This document shows positions 8,631-18,400 of a stretch of DNA of 64,000 nucleotides, piece by piece (the stretch's first letter is position 1; each line of letters begins with the position of its first letter). Origin of the DNA: Phycisphaerales bacterium (lineage in GTDB: Bacteria > Planctomycetota > Phycisphaerae > Phycisphaerales > UBA1924); the NCBI GenBank assembly GCA_020849105.1, contig JADLGW010000044.1, positions 13,683 through 77,682 of the forward strand, written 5' to 3'. The position numbers and the translations under genes were made by a program. The notes beneath the pieces are model-generated. The model saw only the letters and a program-made list of their open reading frames with translations. It made no database searches and was not told the DNA's origin.

Positions 8631-9317
8631 TCAGCGCCCCTGGGTCGCGTCGTCGCCCGCGGCATCGGCCGGTTCTGCCGGGCCGCGTGTGTACTCGATC
8701 GTCATCATCTTCATTTCCTTGCCATCGGGCCCCGGGCCGTACATGACCATGGTGTGGCTGGTCGGGCTCTTGATGGTGATGACCTCGCGCAGGACCGTGT
8801 CCTTGCCGGTGATCGGGTCGGGGGACGTGCCCTTCATCGAGTAGGTGTGGGTCTTGTCGTCGTAGGTGCCGGTGCTGACCATGATGGACGTGCTCATGGA
8901 GTCGGTCCACGTCGCGACGTACTCCTTCTTGATGTTGTCGTAGCCCCAGTAGCCCAGCCCCTCGAAGGGCATGCCCATCATGTCGCCCTTCCACTCTTGG
9001 CGCAGTTGGCGCCCGCCCAGCACCGGGGTGTTGACCATCGTGCCCATCGAGGTCTGCATGGGGGCGTCGGGGGCCATCTGGAAGGAGCACTTGCCGTGCC
9101 AGGTGCCGGCGAGGGTCATGATGCGGGCGTGCTCCGGGCCCGGCGCGCCGGCCTTCTCCATCGCGGCCATGTACTCGGCTTCGCTCGGCTGACCTGCGGG
9201 CTGGGCCGCCGGCTTGGACCCCGCCGGCTGCGTGGCCTTGTCCGGCTGGGCCAGGCCCGCCAGCACCATGACCGCCAGCGCGCCCACCGACACACCTGCC
9301 ACCTTGCGGAGATTCAT
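8631..9317 (-). CDS. DUF1579-like secreted protein
   Basis: Inner ATG at 9317 is preceded by GAGAAAGGGA. Signal peptide MNLRKVAGVSVGALAVMVLAGLAQP. The C-terminal half (THTYSMKGTSPDPITGKD...MVMYGPGPDGKEMKMMTIEYTR) matches my recollection of DUF1579. Confidence 0.75.
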   Translation of the reverse strand: MNLRKVAGVSVGALAVMVLAGLAQPDKATQPAGSKPAAQPAGQPSEAEYMAAMEKAGAPGPEHARIMTLAGTWHGKCSFQMAPDAPMQTSMGTMVNTPVLGGRQLRQEWKGDMMGMPFEGLGYWGYDNIKKEYVATWTDSMSTSIMVSTGTYDDKTHTYSMKGTSPDPITGKDTVLREVITIKSPTSHTMVMYGPGPDGKEMKMMTIEYTRGPAEPADAAGDDATQGR

Positions 9318-9502
9318 CACGTTCCCTTTCTCTTGCGGACCCCCGGAGACCGACGCCACGCACGCCGCGCGGCGACCGATCATTTCCCAAACATCGGGAG
9401 GAAGTGTAGCCGCGCGGGCAGGGGTGTCAACCCCAGGCCGGGCGCTCGCGGGCGGGGCTGTTGCGAGCATCGCGAGCGGGCGCGAGTCGGGTAGGCTTGT
9501 TC

Positions 9503-9970
9503 ATGCCTACCGCTGCGCGCGCGAGCCGAGCCAATCTGAACGGCGCGAACGTGCGCGACGATTTCACCAACGTGGTCCTGCAGGGCGACGCGGTGGCGCT
9601 CCTCTCGGAGATGCCGGACGCGAGCGTCCACCTCACGGTGTTCAGCCCGCCGTACGACGGCATCCGCGACTACGGGAAGGACTGGAGTTTCGACTCGAGG
9701 GCGCTGGGGTCGGAAGCATCTCGGGTCGGAGGGGATGGCGAGCCAACCGATCGGTAGCAGATGCACGAGTCAATCTTTGAGCACGAGTTTCGATGGGAAC
9801 GCAAACGAGTTCGACTCCAGTACACCATTGAGACGACGCTGTGGGGACGCCAACTCACGCTCCTGGACATTCTTGGCGCCTCAATGACGCATGTTGAGGC
9901 CGTGCCGGATTGGAGGATCGAAGCTGAGGCTTGTGATGCAGCCTGCCGCCATGACGCGAAGTACATGTAA
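9503..9970 (+). pseudogene. Remnant of a beta-class N4/N6 DNA methyltransferase (motif IV only, in-frame TAG, motif I missing)
   Basis: VVLQGDAVALLSEMPDASVHLTVFSPPYDGIRDYG is a typical MTase N-terminus with an SPPY (DPPY-type) motif. ORFs 9461..9757 and 9761..9970 share one frame and are split by a single TAG at 9755-9757. No FxGxG/GSG SAM motif follows. GC drops to about 50% from roughly 9700. Confidence 0.65.
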
Positions 9971-10010
9971 CTCCGTGGGTTCGGAAGCCGACTGAGACGA
10001 TGAACCACAG

Positions 10011-10868
10011 ATGACCACTACCGTTATCGAGGGCCCTTGGCAGCCGGAGTTGAGATCTCTTGTGTCGTCGGCCCGCCTGCGTCTGACGATCTGCACCCCC
10101 TACATTTCCGAGCGCGGCGCCGCCGTTGTCCGGCATGCTCGCGCAGGCGTAGCAGCAACAGGTTGTGATATACTTGTGCTTACGGATCTGTCGGCATCAG
10201 CAATCTGCACAGGCGCAACTGATCCCGAGGCCGTCGCTTCAATTGCAAGGTGCCTCACGAACGTTCGGACGGTGCATCTTCCCCGGCTGCACGCGAAGGT
10301 GTACGCGGCGGACGGCGAGCAGGCGGTTGTCACCTCTGGCAACCTGACCGACGGCGGGCTTCGAATGAACCACGAGTACGGGTTGCTGGTGGACGATCCC
10401 GATCTTGCGGGGCGCATCGAAGCGGGCGTGGCGGCCTATGCGGGGCTCGGCGCGGAGATTGATACCATCACGCTCAATCGGCTGTGCGCGGTGTCCATTG
10501 ACGCGCGGGCGGCATATCAAGCGCAAACTGCGTCTGCGTCGCGGGATGCGACGCGCCGTCTCCGGGCTGTGGTCCGCGCTACGTCCGAGACGCTGCTCCG
10601 CGCCCGGCTCGCAAGGGGGCCAATCCACACGGTCTTTGCGAGGACCATCGAGTACCTGTTGCGTCAGCACGGGCCGTTGTCCACTAAGCAGATTCACCCG
10701 CTAATCCAAGGGCTGCATCCAGATCTCTGCAACGACATGGTTGATCGTGTGATAAACGGGAATCGCTTTGGGAAAAAATGGAAGCACGCGGCACGTACGG
10801 CGCAAGCGCAGTTGAAGAAACGGGGCACGATTACGCTTATGAACGGTGTCTGGGCGCTCGTGCGATGA
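10011..10868 (+). CDS. Single-HKD phospholipase-D-family nuclease (Nuc/BfiI-like) with a C-terminal winged-helix (Mrr_N-like) domain
   Basis: HKD motif HAKVYAADGEQAVVTSGNLT. The C-terminus (HPDLCNDMVDRVINGNRFGKKWKHAARTAQAQLKKRGTI..GVWALV) resembles the restriction-protein wHTH. Local GC is about 50-60%, against about 70% in the flanks. Confidence 0.7.
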   Translation: MTTTVIEGPWQPELRSLVSSARLRLTICTPYISERGAAVVRHARAGVAATGCDILVLTDLSASAICTGATDPEAVASIARCLTNVRTVHLPRLHAKVYAADGEQAVVTSGNLTDGGLRMNHEYGLLVDDPDLAGRIEAGVAAYAGLGAEIDTITLNRLCAVSIDARAAYQAQTASASRDATRRLRAVVRATSETLLRARLARGPIHTVFARTIEYLLRQHGPLSTKQIHPLIQGLHPDLCNDMVDRVINGNRFGKKWKHAARTAQAQLKKRGTITLMNGVWALVR

Positions 10869-11997
10869 CCTCACCGCTCGGAAGCGAGGCCGTAATCCCC
10901 ACCCGCTCCACCACCTCCAGCCCAAAGGCGTCGAGGGCGGGGAGTTCGGTCTGGTGGTTGGTGAGCAGCCGGAGGCGGGAGAGGCCGAGGTCGCGGAGGA
11001 TTTGGCTGCCGATGCCGAGTTGGCGTTCCGCGGCGGAGTCGGCGTGCTCGGGGGCGGCGGAGGGCTCGACGGGGGCGTCGTGGCGGAGGTAGACGACGGC
11101 GCCGCGACCCGCGGAAGCAATCTGGCGCATGGCGGCGCGGAGCGTATCGCCGCCGGCCGCACGGTCGCCGAAGAGGTCGGCGAGAGGCGCGGCGCGATGG
11201 ACGCGGACGAGCGCCGGCTCCGTGGTCCGCGGCACGACGCCGTTTACCGGCACGCCGATGGCGCCGACGGTGAACGCCCAGTGCGGGAGCGGGTCCACGG
11301 CGGAGTGGTACTCGATGAGCGTGAAGTCGCCCATCGGCGTGCGGATCGGGCGGCCCGCGGCGGGTCCCAGCCTGCGGACGAGGGTCTCGCGGGCGAGGCG
11401 GTGGGCGATGATCTGCGCGACCGAGCACATCCGCAGGCCGTGCCGCTCGCAGAGGGCGGCGAGGTCCGGGACGCGGGCCATCTCGCCGTCGTCGCGCATG
11501 ACCTCGATGATGGCGGCGGCTGGGTAGAGCCCGGCCAGGCGGCACAGGTCCAGCGACCCCTCGGTCTGCCCGGTGCGCACGAGCACGCCGCCGTCGCGCG
11601 AGCGGAGCGGGTTGATGTGCCCGGGGCGGACGAAGTCGCCCGGCCCGAAGGCGGGGTCGATCATCATGCGGATGGTCCGGGCCCGCTCGTGGGCGGAGAC
11701 GCCCGTGGTAAAGCCGTGGCGCGGGTGCCCGTCCACGGAGACGGTGAACGCGGTGCCGCGGTGTGTGGTGTTCTCGGTGGATTGCGGGTGGAGTTGGAGG
11801 CGGTCGCAGTCGGCCTCGGTCATGGAGAGGCAGAGGTAGCCGCGGGCGGCGGAGAGCATGAAGTTGACGGCCTCGGGGGTGACGAACTGGGCGGGGAGGA
11901 CGAGGTCGCCCTCGTTCTCGCGGTGCTCGTCGTCGGTGAGGACGACCATGCGGCCGTCGCGGAGGTCGGTCAGGATCTGGGGGATGGGGGCGAACAC
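10837..11997 (-). CDS. ribB: 3,4-dihydroxy-2-butanone-4-phosphate synthase (RibB) fused to a degenerate RibA-like domain (RibBX-like)
   Basis: LTDDEHRENEGDLVLPA is the DHBP synthase signature. GTG at 11997 gives MFAPIPQILTDLRDGRMVVL. The C-terminal domain aligns to GTP cyclohydrolase II, but the Zn cysteines are replaced (VRVHRAAPLADLFGDRAAGGD versus RVHSECLTGD..RCDCG). The start codon is uncertain. Confidence 0.8.
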   Translation of the reverse strand: MFAPIPQILTDLRDGRMVVLTDDEHRENEGDLVLPAQFVTPEAVNFMLSAARGYLCLSMTEADCDRLQLHPQSTENTTHRGTAFTVSVDGHPRHGFTTGVSAHERARTIRMMIDPAFGPGDFVRPGHINPLRSRDGGVLVRTGQTEGSLDLCRLAGLYPAAAIIEVMRDDGEMARVPDLAALCERHGLRMCSVAQIIAHRLARETLVRRLGPAAGRPIRTPMGDFTLIEYHSAVDPLPHWAFTVGAIGVPVNGVVPRTTEPALVRVHRAAPLADLFGDRAAGGDTLRAAMRQIASAGRGAVVYLRHDAPVEPSAAPEHADSAAERQLGIGSQILRDLGLSRLRLLTNHQTELPALDAFGLEVVERVGITASLPSGEVIARAPRHRS

Positions 11998-12096
11998 CGG
12001 GCGGATGGTAGATCGTGACGGCGGATTGGCGCCGGGGCTGGATTTCGCCGGTTGATGGGCCAGTGATCGCCCGAAGACTCCACCTACGATTCGTGC

Positions 12097-12804
12097 GTGC
12101 CCGACGAGGCCTCCATCCAGGTGAACTTCGGGAAGGCGGTGCCGCTGTTCCCGCTCGACAACGCGGCTCTGCTGCCGCAGCAGGTGCTGCACCTTCATGT
12201 GTTTGAGCCGCGGTACAGGCAGATGGTGGGGCACGCGCTGGACGGCGCCGGGCAGTTCGCCGTCGCGGTGTTCAAGGGGAATCAGTGGAAGCATCAGTAC
12301 CACGGGCGGCCGGCGCTGCGCCCCGCGGTGTGCATCGGGCAGATCATGGAACACGAGAAACTGAGCGACGGTCGTTACAACGTGCTGGTGCAGGGCGTGT
12401 GCCGGGCCCGGATCGTGGAGGAGGAGCCGGCGGCGGAGGGGCGGCTCTACCGCCTGGCGCGCGTGGAGCCGGTGGGGATCGACCCCGAAGAGGAGATGAA
12501 GTTGTACGGCATCCGCGAACGGTTCACGGAACTGCTGACCGACGGGCCGCTCACGAAACTGACGGCCGCGGAATGGATCGTGGACCGGATCGGGAACTCG
12601 GAGATTCCGGCGGCGGTGGTGCTGGAACTGGTGGGGTTCGCGCTGTCGACGCGGCGCGAGACGAGGTACCGCCTGCTCGAGGAGGGTGATGCGGGCGAGC
12701 GGGCGGAGATCGTGGAGCGGGAACTTCTGGACCTGCAGAAACTGATCCGCATGGCCGCGGCCCAGCACCCCGAGACGTGGCCCAAGGGGTGTTCCTGGAA
12801 CTGA
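12097..12804 (+). CDS. LON N-terminal (substrate-binding) domain protein
   Basis: VPLFPLDNAALLPQQVLHLHVFEPRYRQMV is a typical Lon N-domain start. GTG start; an alternative GTG lies at 12121. Confidence 0.75.
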   Translation: MPDEASIQVNFGKAVPLFPLDNAALLPQQVLHLHVFEPRYRQMVGHALDGAGQFAVAVFKGNQWKHQYHGRPALRPAVCIGQIMEHEKLSDGRYNVLVQGVCRARIVEEEPAAEGRLYRLARVEPVGIDPEEEMKLYGIRERFTELLTDGPLTKLTAAEWIVDRIGNSEIPAAVVLELVGFALSTRRETRYRLLEEGDAGERAEIVERELLDLQKLIRMAAAQHPETWPKGCSWN

Positions 12805-12810
12805 CGGCGT

Positions 12811-13050
12811 TCAGCGTCGGTTGTTCTGATCGCCGAGGATGCCGCCGACGATGGCCCCGCCGATGGCTCCGGCCGCGGCCCCCTTGCCCATGTTGCCGCT
12901 CAGACTGCCGATGCCCATGCCGGCAAGGGCGCCGAACGCGGCGCCGCTGGCGCCGCCTTGAAACGCGTTCTGACATCCGCCGGTGAGCAGCCCCCCGAGT
13001 GCCACCGCGGCCACGGTCACGAGGCGCCGAGTGCTGGTCTTTGTCGTCAC
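12811..13050 (-). CDS. Small glycine-zipper lipoprotein (SlyB/17-kDa-antigen-like)
   Basis: GTG start 6 nt after GGAGG. Lipobox LLTGGC. Gly-zipper GAAFGALAGMGIGSLSG...GAIGGAIVGGILG. Confidence 0.75.
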   Translation of the reverse strand: MTTKTSTRRLVTVAAVALGGLLTGGCQNAFQGGASGAAFGALAGMGIGSLSGNMGKGAAAGAIGGAIVGGILGDQNNRR

Positions 13051-13172
13051 GCCACACCTCCATTCAGGGCCGTTGCGGCCTCGCCCGGCATAACGCGGAA
13101 CCGGGGCGGGTTAGTGCACCGGCCCCGGATAAAGTTAGTATTCGCTTACGGCCAAGTCAAGCGGTCAGATGG

Positions 13173-13649
13173 TCACGGCGAGCCGCCCCACCAGGCGCCC
13201 CACATGGCGCTGACCACGGCGTTCGCCAGCAGCAGCCCCCAGAGCAGCACGAGAAGGGCGTCGAAGGTGGCGTCTTCCTTCATCATGCGCCAGGCGGCCA
13301 CCACCCCGACCAGCAGGACCTGGGCGGCGAGCACCATGAGGTAGGTCTCGATACCGGGCTTGTGGCCATCCTTGTCCGTGATGTTGTCGTAGACCTTGAT
13401 CGCGGTCCAGCCGCCGGTGTGGGCGGGAACCCCCTCGACCGACCGCCAGATGCGCTGGGTGAGCGTCGGTGGCGGCTCGCCCTTGGCCGGCTGCACGCCC
13501 AGGTGGACCGCGGACACCAGCAGGCCGATGATGGCCTGCATCCCGACGCCCTTGGCGATCGCGAGGCCCCAGGACTTCTCATCCGAGAGCAGGAGCGAGA
13601 TCGCCGAGCCGACCAGGACGACGCCGATCGCAATCAAGAGCGGGTTCAT
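13173..13649 (-). CDS. Hypothetical integral membrane protein
   Basis: Four predicted hydrophobic helices (MNPLLIAIGVVLVGSAISLLL..., ...LLVLLWGLLLANAVVSAMWGAWW). GC3-rich codons. Start is either ATG 13649 or TTG 13661. Confidence 0.6.
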   Translation of the reverse strand: MNPLLIAIGVVLVGSAISLLLSDEKSWGLAIAKGVGMQAIIGLLVSAVHLGVQPAKGEPPPTLTQRIWRSVEGVPAHTGGWTAIKVYDNITDKDGHKPGIETYLMVLAAQVLLVGVVAAWRMMKEDATFDALLVLLWGLLLANAVVSAMWGAWWGGSP

Positions 13650-13849
13650 GGACTGCCCCAACGCCTCCGCACGCTTCCCCCGGCGTCGGACGTGCCGCGT
13701 CAGCGGTATCGGCGTGCGGGAGCCGGTCCTGCTTGCGCGGCCTTGTGAGGGCGGCGCGGGGGGGCGGTGTGCGCGGACCCTACACTCTGCGCGGCTGGTT
13801 ATTGGGCGTTGCGGTTTTGACCACCGGGGCGGCGGCTTAGGGGTGAGCG

Positions 13850-15379
13850 ATGTTCGAACGGCTGAGCGAAGGCTTTGGGTCGGTGCTCCGCGGGCTGTCG
13901 GGCAAGGGCTCGATCAGCGAGTCCAACGTGCGCGAGGCGATGGGGCAGGTGCGCACGGCGCTGCTGGACGCGGATGTGAGCCTGGAGGTCGTGGACGGGT
14001 TCACGGAGCGGGTGCTGGCCGACTCCGTCGGGCGCGAGGTCACCCGGAGCCTGCAACCCGGCCAGGAAATGATCGGGATCGTCTACCAGCGGCTGATCGA
14101 ACTGCTGGGCGGCGAGGTCGCGGAGGGCCGGGACGGGAAACCGGAGGTGCGCGGGCCTGAGCCGGGCGTGCTGCATGTGAGCCCGGGGCCGACCGTCGTG
14201 ATGATGTGCGGGCTCCAGGGGTCCGGAAAGACGACGACCTGCGGCAAACTGGCGGCGTACCTGAAGAAGCGCGGGCGCAGCGTGCTGCTGGCCGCGGCGG
14301 ACCTCCAGCGGCCGGCGGCGGTGGAGCAACTCCAGACCGTGGCCCGCCAGGTTGAGGCGGAGATGCCCGGCGGGGCGCAGGTGTCTTTCTATTCCGAGCC
14401 CGACAAGGTTGCGGCGTACGGGAAGGCGGTGGGGGTGGCGGTCGGGGTGTGCCAGCGCGCGGTGGAGGCGGCGCGGCGGCAGGGGATCGACACGGTCATT
14501 CTGGATACGGCGGGGCGGCTGCACGTCAACGACTCCCTGATGGGCGAGCTGCAGGCGGTGAACCGGACGCTGCAGCCGCACCAGGTGTTCCTTGTGGTGG
14601 ACGCGATGACGGGGCAGGACGCGGTGACGAGCGCCCGGGCGTTCCACGAGAAACTGGCGATCGACGGGGTGATCCTGACAAAGTTTGATTCCGACACGCG
14701 GGGCGGGGCGGCGCTCTCGGTGAAGCAGGTGACCGGGGCGCCCATCCGCTTCATCGGCGTGGGGGAGAAACTGGACGCGATCGAGGAGTTCCACCCGGAG
14801 CGGATCGCCGGGCGCATCCTGGGCATGGGGGACGTCGTCAGCCTGGTCGAGAAGGCGCAGGAACAGGTCAGCGAGAAGGAGGCGCTGGAACTGCAGGCCA
14901 AGATGGCCCGCGGCGAGATGAGCATGGACGACTTCCTGAAGCAGCTCAGGACGCTGCGGAGGATGGGTCCGCTGAAGCACCTGCTGGGGCTGATGCCGGG
15001 CGTGGGGTCGATGCTGAAGAACGTGAGCGTGGACGAGAAGCAACTGGACGGCGTGGAGGCCATGATCTGCTCGATGACGAAGCAGGAGCGGGGCAGGCCG
15101 TCGGTGATCGATCACTCGCGCCGGCGGCGGATCGCGACCGGCAGCGGCAAGAAGCCCGAGGAGGTCGGGGCGCTGGTCAAGCAGTTCGACACGATCAGCA
15201 AACTGAGCCGCACGATGGCGGGCATGAGCACCGCGGCGAAGGTGAAGGCGGTGAAGGAGATGGGGGCCAGCGGGATGGAGGGGATGGTGCCGGGAGTCGC
15301 GGGGCTGCCGGGGTTCGCGTCGCGCGGGTCGAGCCACACGACAAGCGTGAAGGGCCGTTTCAAAAAGCGCAAACGGTGA
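13850..15379 (+). CDS. ffh: Signal recognition particle protein Ffh
   Basis: MFERLSEGFGSVLRGLSGKG, P-loop GLQGSGKTTTCGKLA, DTAGRL, TKFDSDTRGGAALS, and a Met-rich M domain. Confidence 0.97.
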   Translation: MFERLSEGFGSVLRGLSGKGSISESNVREAMGQVRTALLDADVSLEVVDGFTERVLADSVGREVTRSLQPGQEMIGIVYQRLIELLGGEVAEGRDGKPEVRGPEPGVLHVSPGPTVVMMCGLQGSGKTTTCGKLAAYLKKRGRSVLLAAADLQRPAAVEQLQTVARQVEAEMPGGAQVSFYSEPDKVAAYGKAVGVAVGVCQRAVEAARRQGIDTVILDTAGRLHVNDSLMGELQAVNRTLQPHQVFLVVDAMTGQDAVTSARAFHEKLAIDGVILTKFDSDTRGGAALSVKQVTGAPIRFIGVGEKLDAIEEFHPERIAGRILGMGDVVSLVEKAQEQVSEKEALELQAKMARGEMSMDDFLKQLRTLRRMGPLKHLLGLMPGVGSMLKNVSVDEKQLDGVEAMICSMTKQERGRPSVIDHSRRRRIATGSGKKPEEVGALVKQFDTISKLSRTMAGMSTAAKVKAVKEMGASGMEGMVPGVAGLPGFASRGSSHTTSVKGRFKKRKR

Positions 15380-15431
15380 GGACGGCACCGGCCGTCGTTC
15401 CGGGCGGCGGTCGTGAGCGCCGGCCGAACGG

Positions 15432-18400
15432 CTATGCCTCCTCCACCGCATCCCGCCGGAGGGTGAGGATGTCGCGGAGTTGATCGGTGGACATCTCGGT
15501 CAGCCAGCGTTCGCCGGAGCCGATGATGCTCGCGGCGAGTTCGGTCTTCTGCTCGATCATCTCGTCGATGCGTTCCTCGAGCGTGCCGCGGACGACGAAC
15601 TTGTGGACCTGGACGGTGCGGTTCTGGCCGATGCGGTGGGCGCGGTCGGTGGCCTGGTTCTCGACGGCCGGATTCCACCAGCGGTCGAAGTGGAAGACGT
15701 GGGTCGCGGCGGTGAGGTTGAGCCCGACGCCGCCGGCCTTCAGGCTGACGACCAGGATCGGCGATGAGCCGTCGCCGCGCTGGAAGGCCTTGACGATGGA
15801 CTCGCGCTGGGGCGCGGGGGTTCCGCCGTGGAGGACCAGGACCTCGCGGTCCAGGTCGTGGCGGAGCATCGGGGCCAGGAGCGAGGCCATCTGGCGGAAC
15901 TGGGTGAAGACCAGGGCCTGCTCTCCGCCCTGCATGACCTCGTCGAGCATCTCGATGAGGCGGACGCACTTGCCGCTGCGGGCGGCGGCGGGGGGCGCGG
16001 AACCGGCGAAGTCGTGGTCCTTGAGCAACTGGGCGGGGTGGTTGCACGCCTGTTTGAGTTTGATGAGCGTGGAGAGGACGAGGCCGCGGCGCTGCATGCC
16101 CTCGGAGGCCTCGACCGCGCCGAGCATGCGCTGGACGAGCGACTCGTAGAGTTCGGCCTGCTCCGCGGTGAGGTGCGAGTACTCCTTGGACTCGACCTTG
16201 GGCGGGAGGTCGGCCGCGACGGCGGGATCGGACTTCAGGCGTCGCAGGACGAACGGCCGGATGAGTTCGCGGAGTTGCTCACCCTTCACGGGGTCGCGGT
16301 AGCGCTCGACCGGTACGGCGAAGCGTTTCCGGAAGGAGTGGGCCCCCCCGAGGTACTCCGGGTTCAGGAAGTCGATGATGGACCACAGTTCGGAGAGGCG
16401 GTTCTCCACCGGGGTGCCGGTGAGGGCAACGCGGGTGGTGGCGGGCAGGGCGCGGACGGCGGCGGTCTGCTTGGCGGCCGGGTTCTTGATGTTCTGGGCT
16501 TCGTCCAGGACGACGCGCTGCCAGTGGACCTGTCCCAGGGTCTCGCGGTCGCGGTGGGCCAGCGCGTAGGTGGTGATGACGGCGTCGGCGGCGGACGCCT
16601 GGCCGAGGAAACCCGCCCCCTGGAGCCGCGCGGCGCCGTGGTGGGCGATGATCCGCAGTTGCGGGCAGAAGCGGCGGGCCTCGTGGACCCAGTTGCCGAC
16701 GACAGACATCGGCACGATCAGGAGCGTCGGGGGCACGGAGCCTTCGCGTGCCTCGGTCGCGGCGCGGCGCTGGGCCTCCTCGCGTTCAAACGCCAGGAGC
16801 GCCAGCAACTGGATGGTCTTGCCCAGGCCCATGTCGTCGGCCAGGCAGGCTCCGAAGCCGAAGCGTTCCAGGAACCAGAGCCAGGAGAGGCCCCGGACCT
16901 GGTAGGGCCGGAGTTTGCCGTGGAACCCCGCGGGCGGGTCCACGATAGGGACGCGGTCGAGCCGTGCTTCCGGGCCGAAGAAGGCGGAGACCCAGCCGGT
17001 GGCTTCAAGCCCCACGATGGGGATGCCTGTGGTGCGCGCATCGGCGCCGTAGGCCATGCGGATGGCCTCTCCGACCCGCATGGAGCCGCCCGGGTTCTCC
17101 TGGAGGAACCTCATGGCCGCCCGCAGGTCCTCCGGGCGTACTTCAACCCAGCGTCCATTGATCCGGATGAGCGGGGCCCTGCGGGAGGCCAGTTGCTCGA
17201 ACTCCGCGAGCGAGAGGGTGGTGCCGCCGATCGAGATCTCCCAGTCGTACTTCACGAGCGCTTCAAGCCCGACGGCCGGGCGGGTGGTCGGGGCGCCCGC
17301 GCCGGCCGGCCCGGGCTGGGCGTCCAGGTCGCCGCTGAAGAGTTTCAGGCGTGCGCCCAGGCGGGCTCCGGGCTGGTCCCACCACTCCGGGCCCTCGGCG
17401 CCGAATCCCTGTTCGATCAGGATGGGGCGGTACTCGCGCAGGAACTGGTACGCCTGGCGAGTGGAGAGTTTGAGGTCCGCGGGCTCGGAGTCCGCGAGCG
17501 CCCGTTCGAGCATCGGGTAGACGCGGGCCGCCCGGGCGATCTCCTTGAGCAGGGTTTCCTGCGGGCGTTCGGCGCGGCGGCCCTCGATCGTCACGGAATC
17601 GGACGCCAGCGCCCAGAGGTCCTCCGCCGCGAGCGCGATGGCCGGGTTATCCTGGGACTGCAGGTGGAAGCGGACCGTCCATCGCACCTGGTCCCCCGGG
17701 TCCTGGATGTCGCCGAGCAGGTTGGAGTCCTCGGGCTCCGTCAGGCGGAGCAGCAGGCGCCACGCCGAGCCCGTGCCGCGGTCCTCCAGGCCCGCGATCC
17801 ATCGACGGACGGCCCGGACGACATCGGGGCGGGAGGCGGGGCGGATCGGTACGGCGTCGGGCTCGTCGAGCAGCCCGCCGAGCCACGCGACCTGCGGGTC
17901 CGCGCCGGGGTCTCGCTCCGCGATGGCTCCCGCCATCACTTCGGCGCGGAGGGTGTCGCGGCACTGGGCGTCCACGATCGCGCCCAGGAAACTCTGGAGG
18001 ATCGGCCACGGCTGGTGGCCGTGCTCGTCCACGGCGGCGCGGGCCACGGGCGGCATGGTCGCAAGGAGCGCGGCGGCCCGAGCGGCGGTCCGCTCGTCGC
18101 TCAGCCACGGCTGCCAGAGCCCCCGCAGTTCGCCCGCGGAGTCCTGCTTCAGGGCCGGGATGAAGCGTTGCTGGGCCAGGAGGTGGCGGCCCAGGCGCGC
18201 CGCGGCGGCGTAGAACTCAACGGACGAGCCGAGCGACACCCCGTTGGCGGAATCACGCGGCGCGGTGAGATCGCCCAGGATCGCGGCGGCGTGCGGCGGG
18301 GGCAGCGCCAGCGTAGGAACCCGGACGCGCGCGAAGCCCGTGCCGCGGGTCTCGGCCCCGAGCCCGAGGGCGTGGGCGAGGCGTGTGCTTGGCGCCGGCA

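Noticed and set aside
9761-9970. ORF 9761..9970 as an independent 69-aa gene, for example a controller or antitoxin for the PLD nuclease.
   Set aside because: It is in the same frame as the methyltransferase stub, separated by one TAG and one codon. It has no HTH or other motif I recognise. It is more parsimoniously the decayed continuation of the methyltransferase. I cannot fully exclude a small gene.
11998-12140. Possible FMN riboswitch upstream of the ribB-like gene.
   Set aside because: Only about 100 nt separate it from the divergent gene. I could not find the conserved FMN-element core (AGGAUNCUUCGGGGCAGGGUGAAAUUCC... GGAUGGGAGA-type segments) on the minus strand by eye. A covariance-model scan (RF00050) would be decisive.
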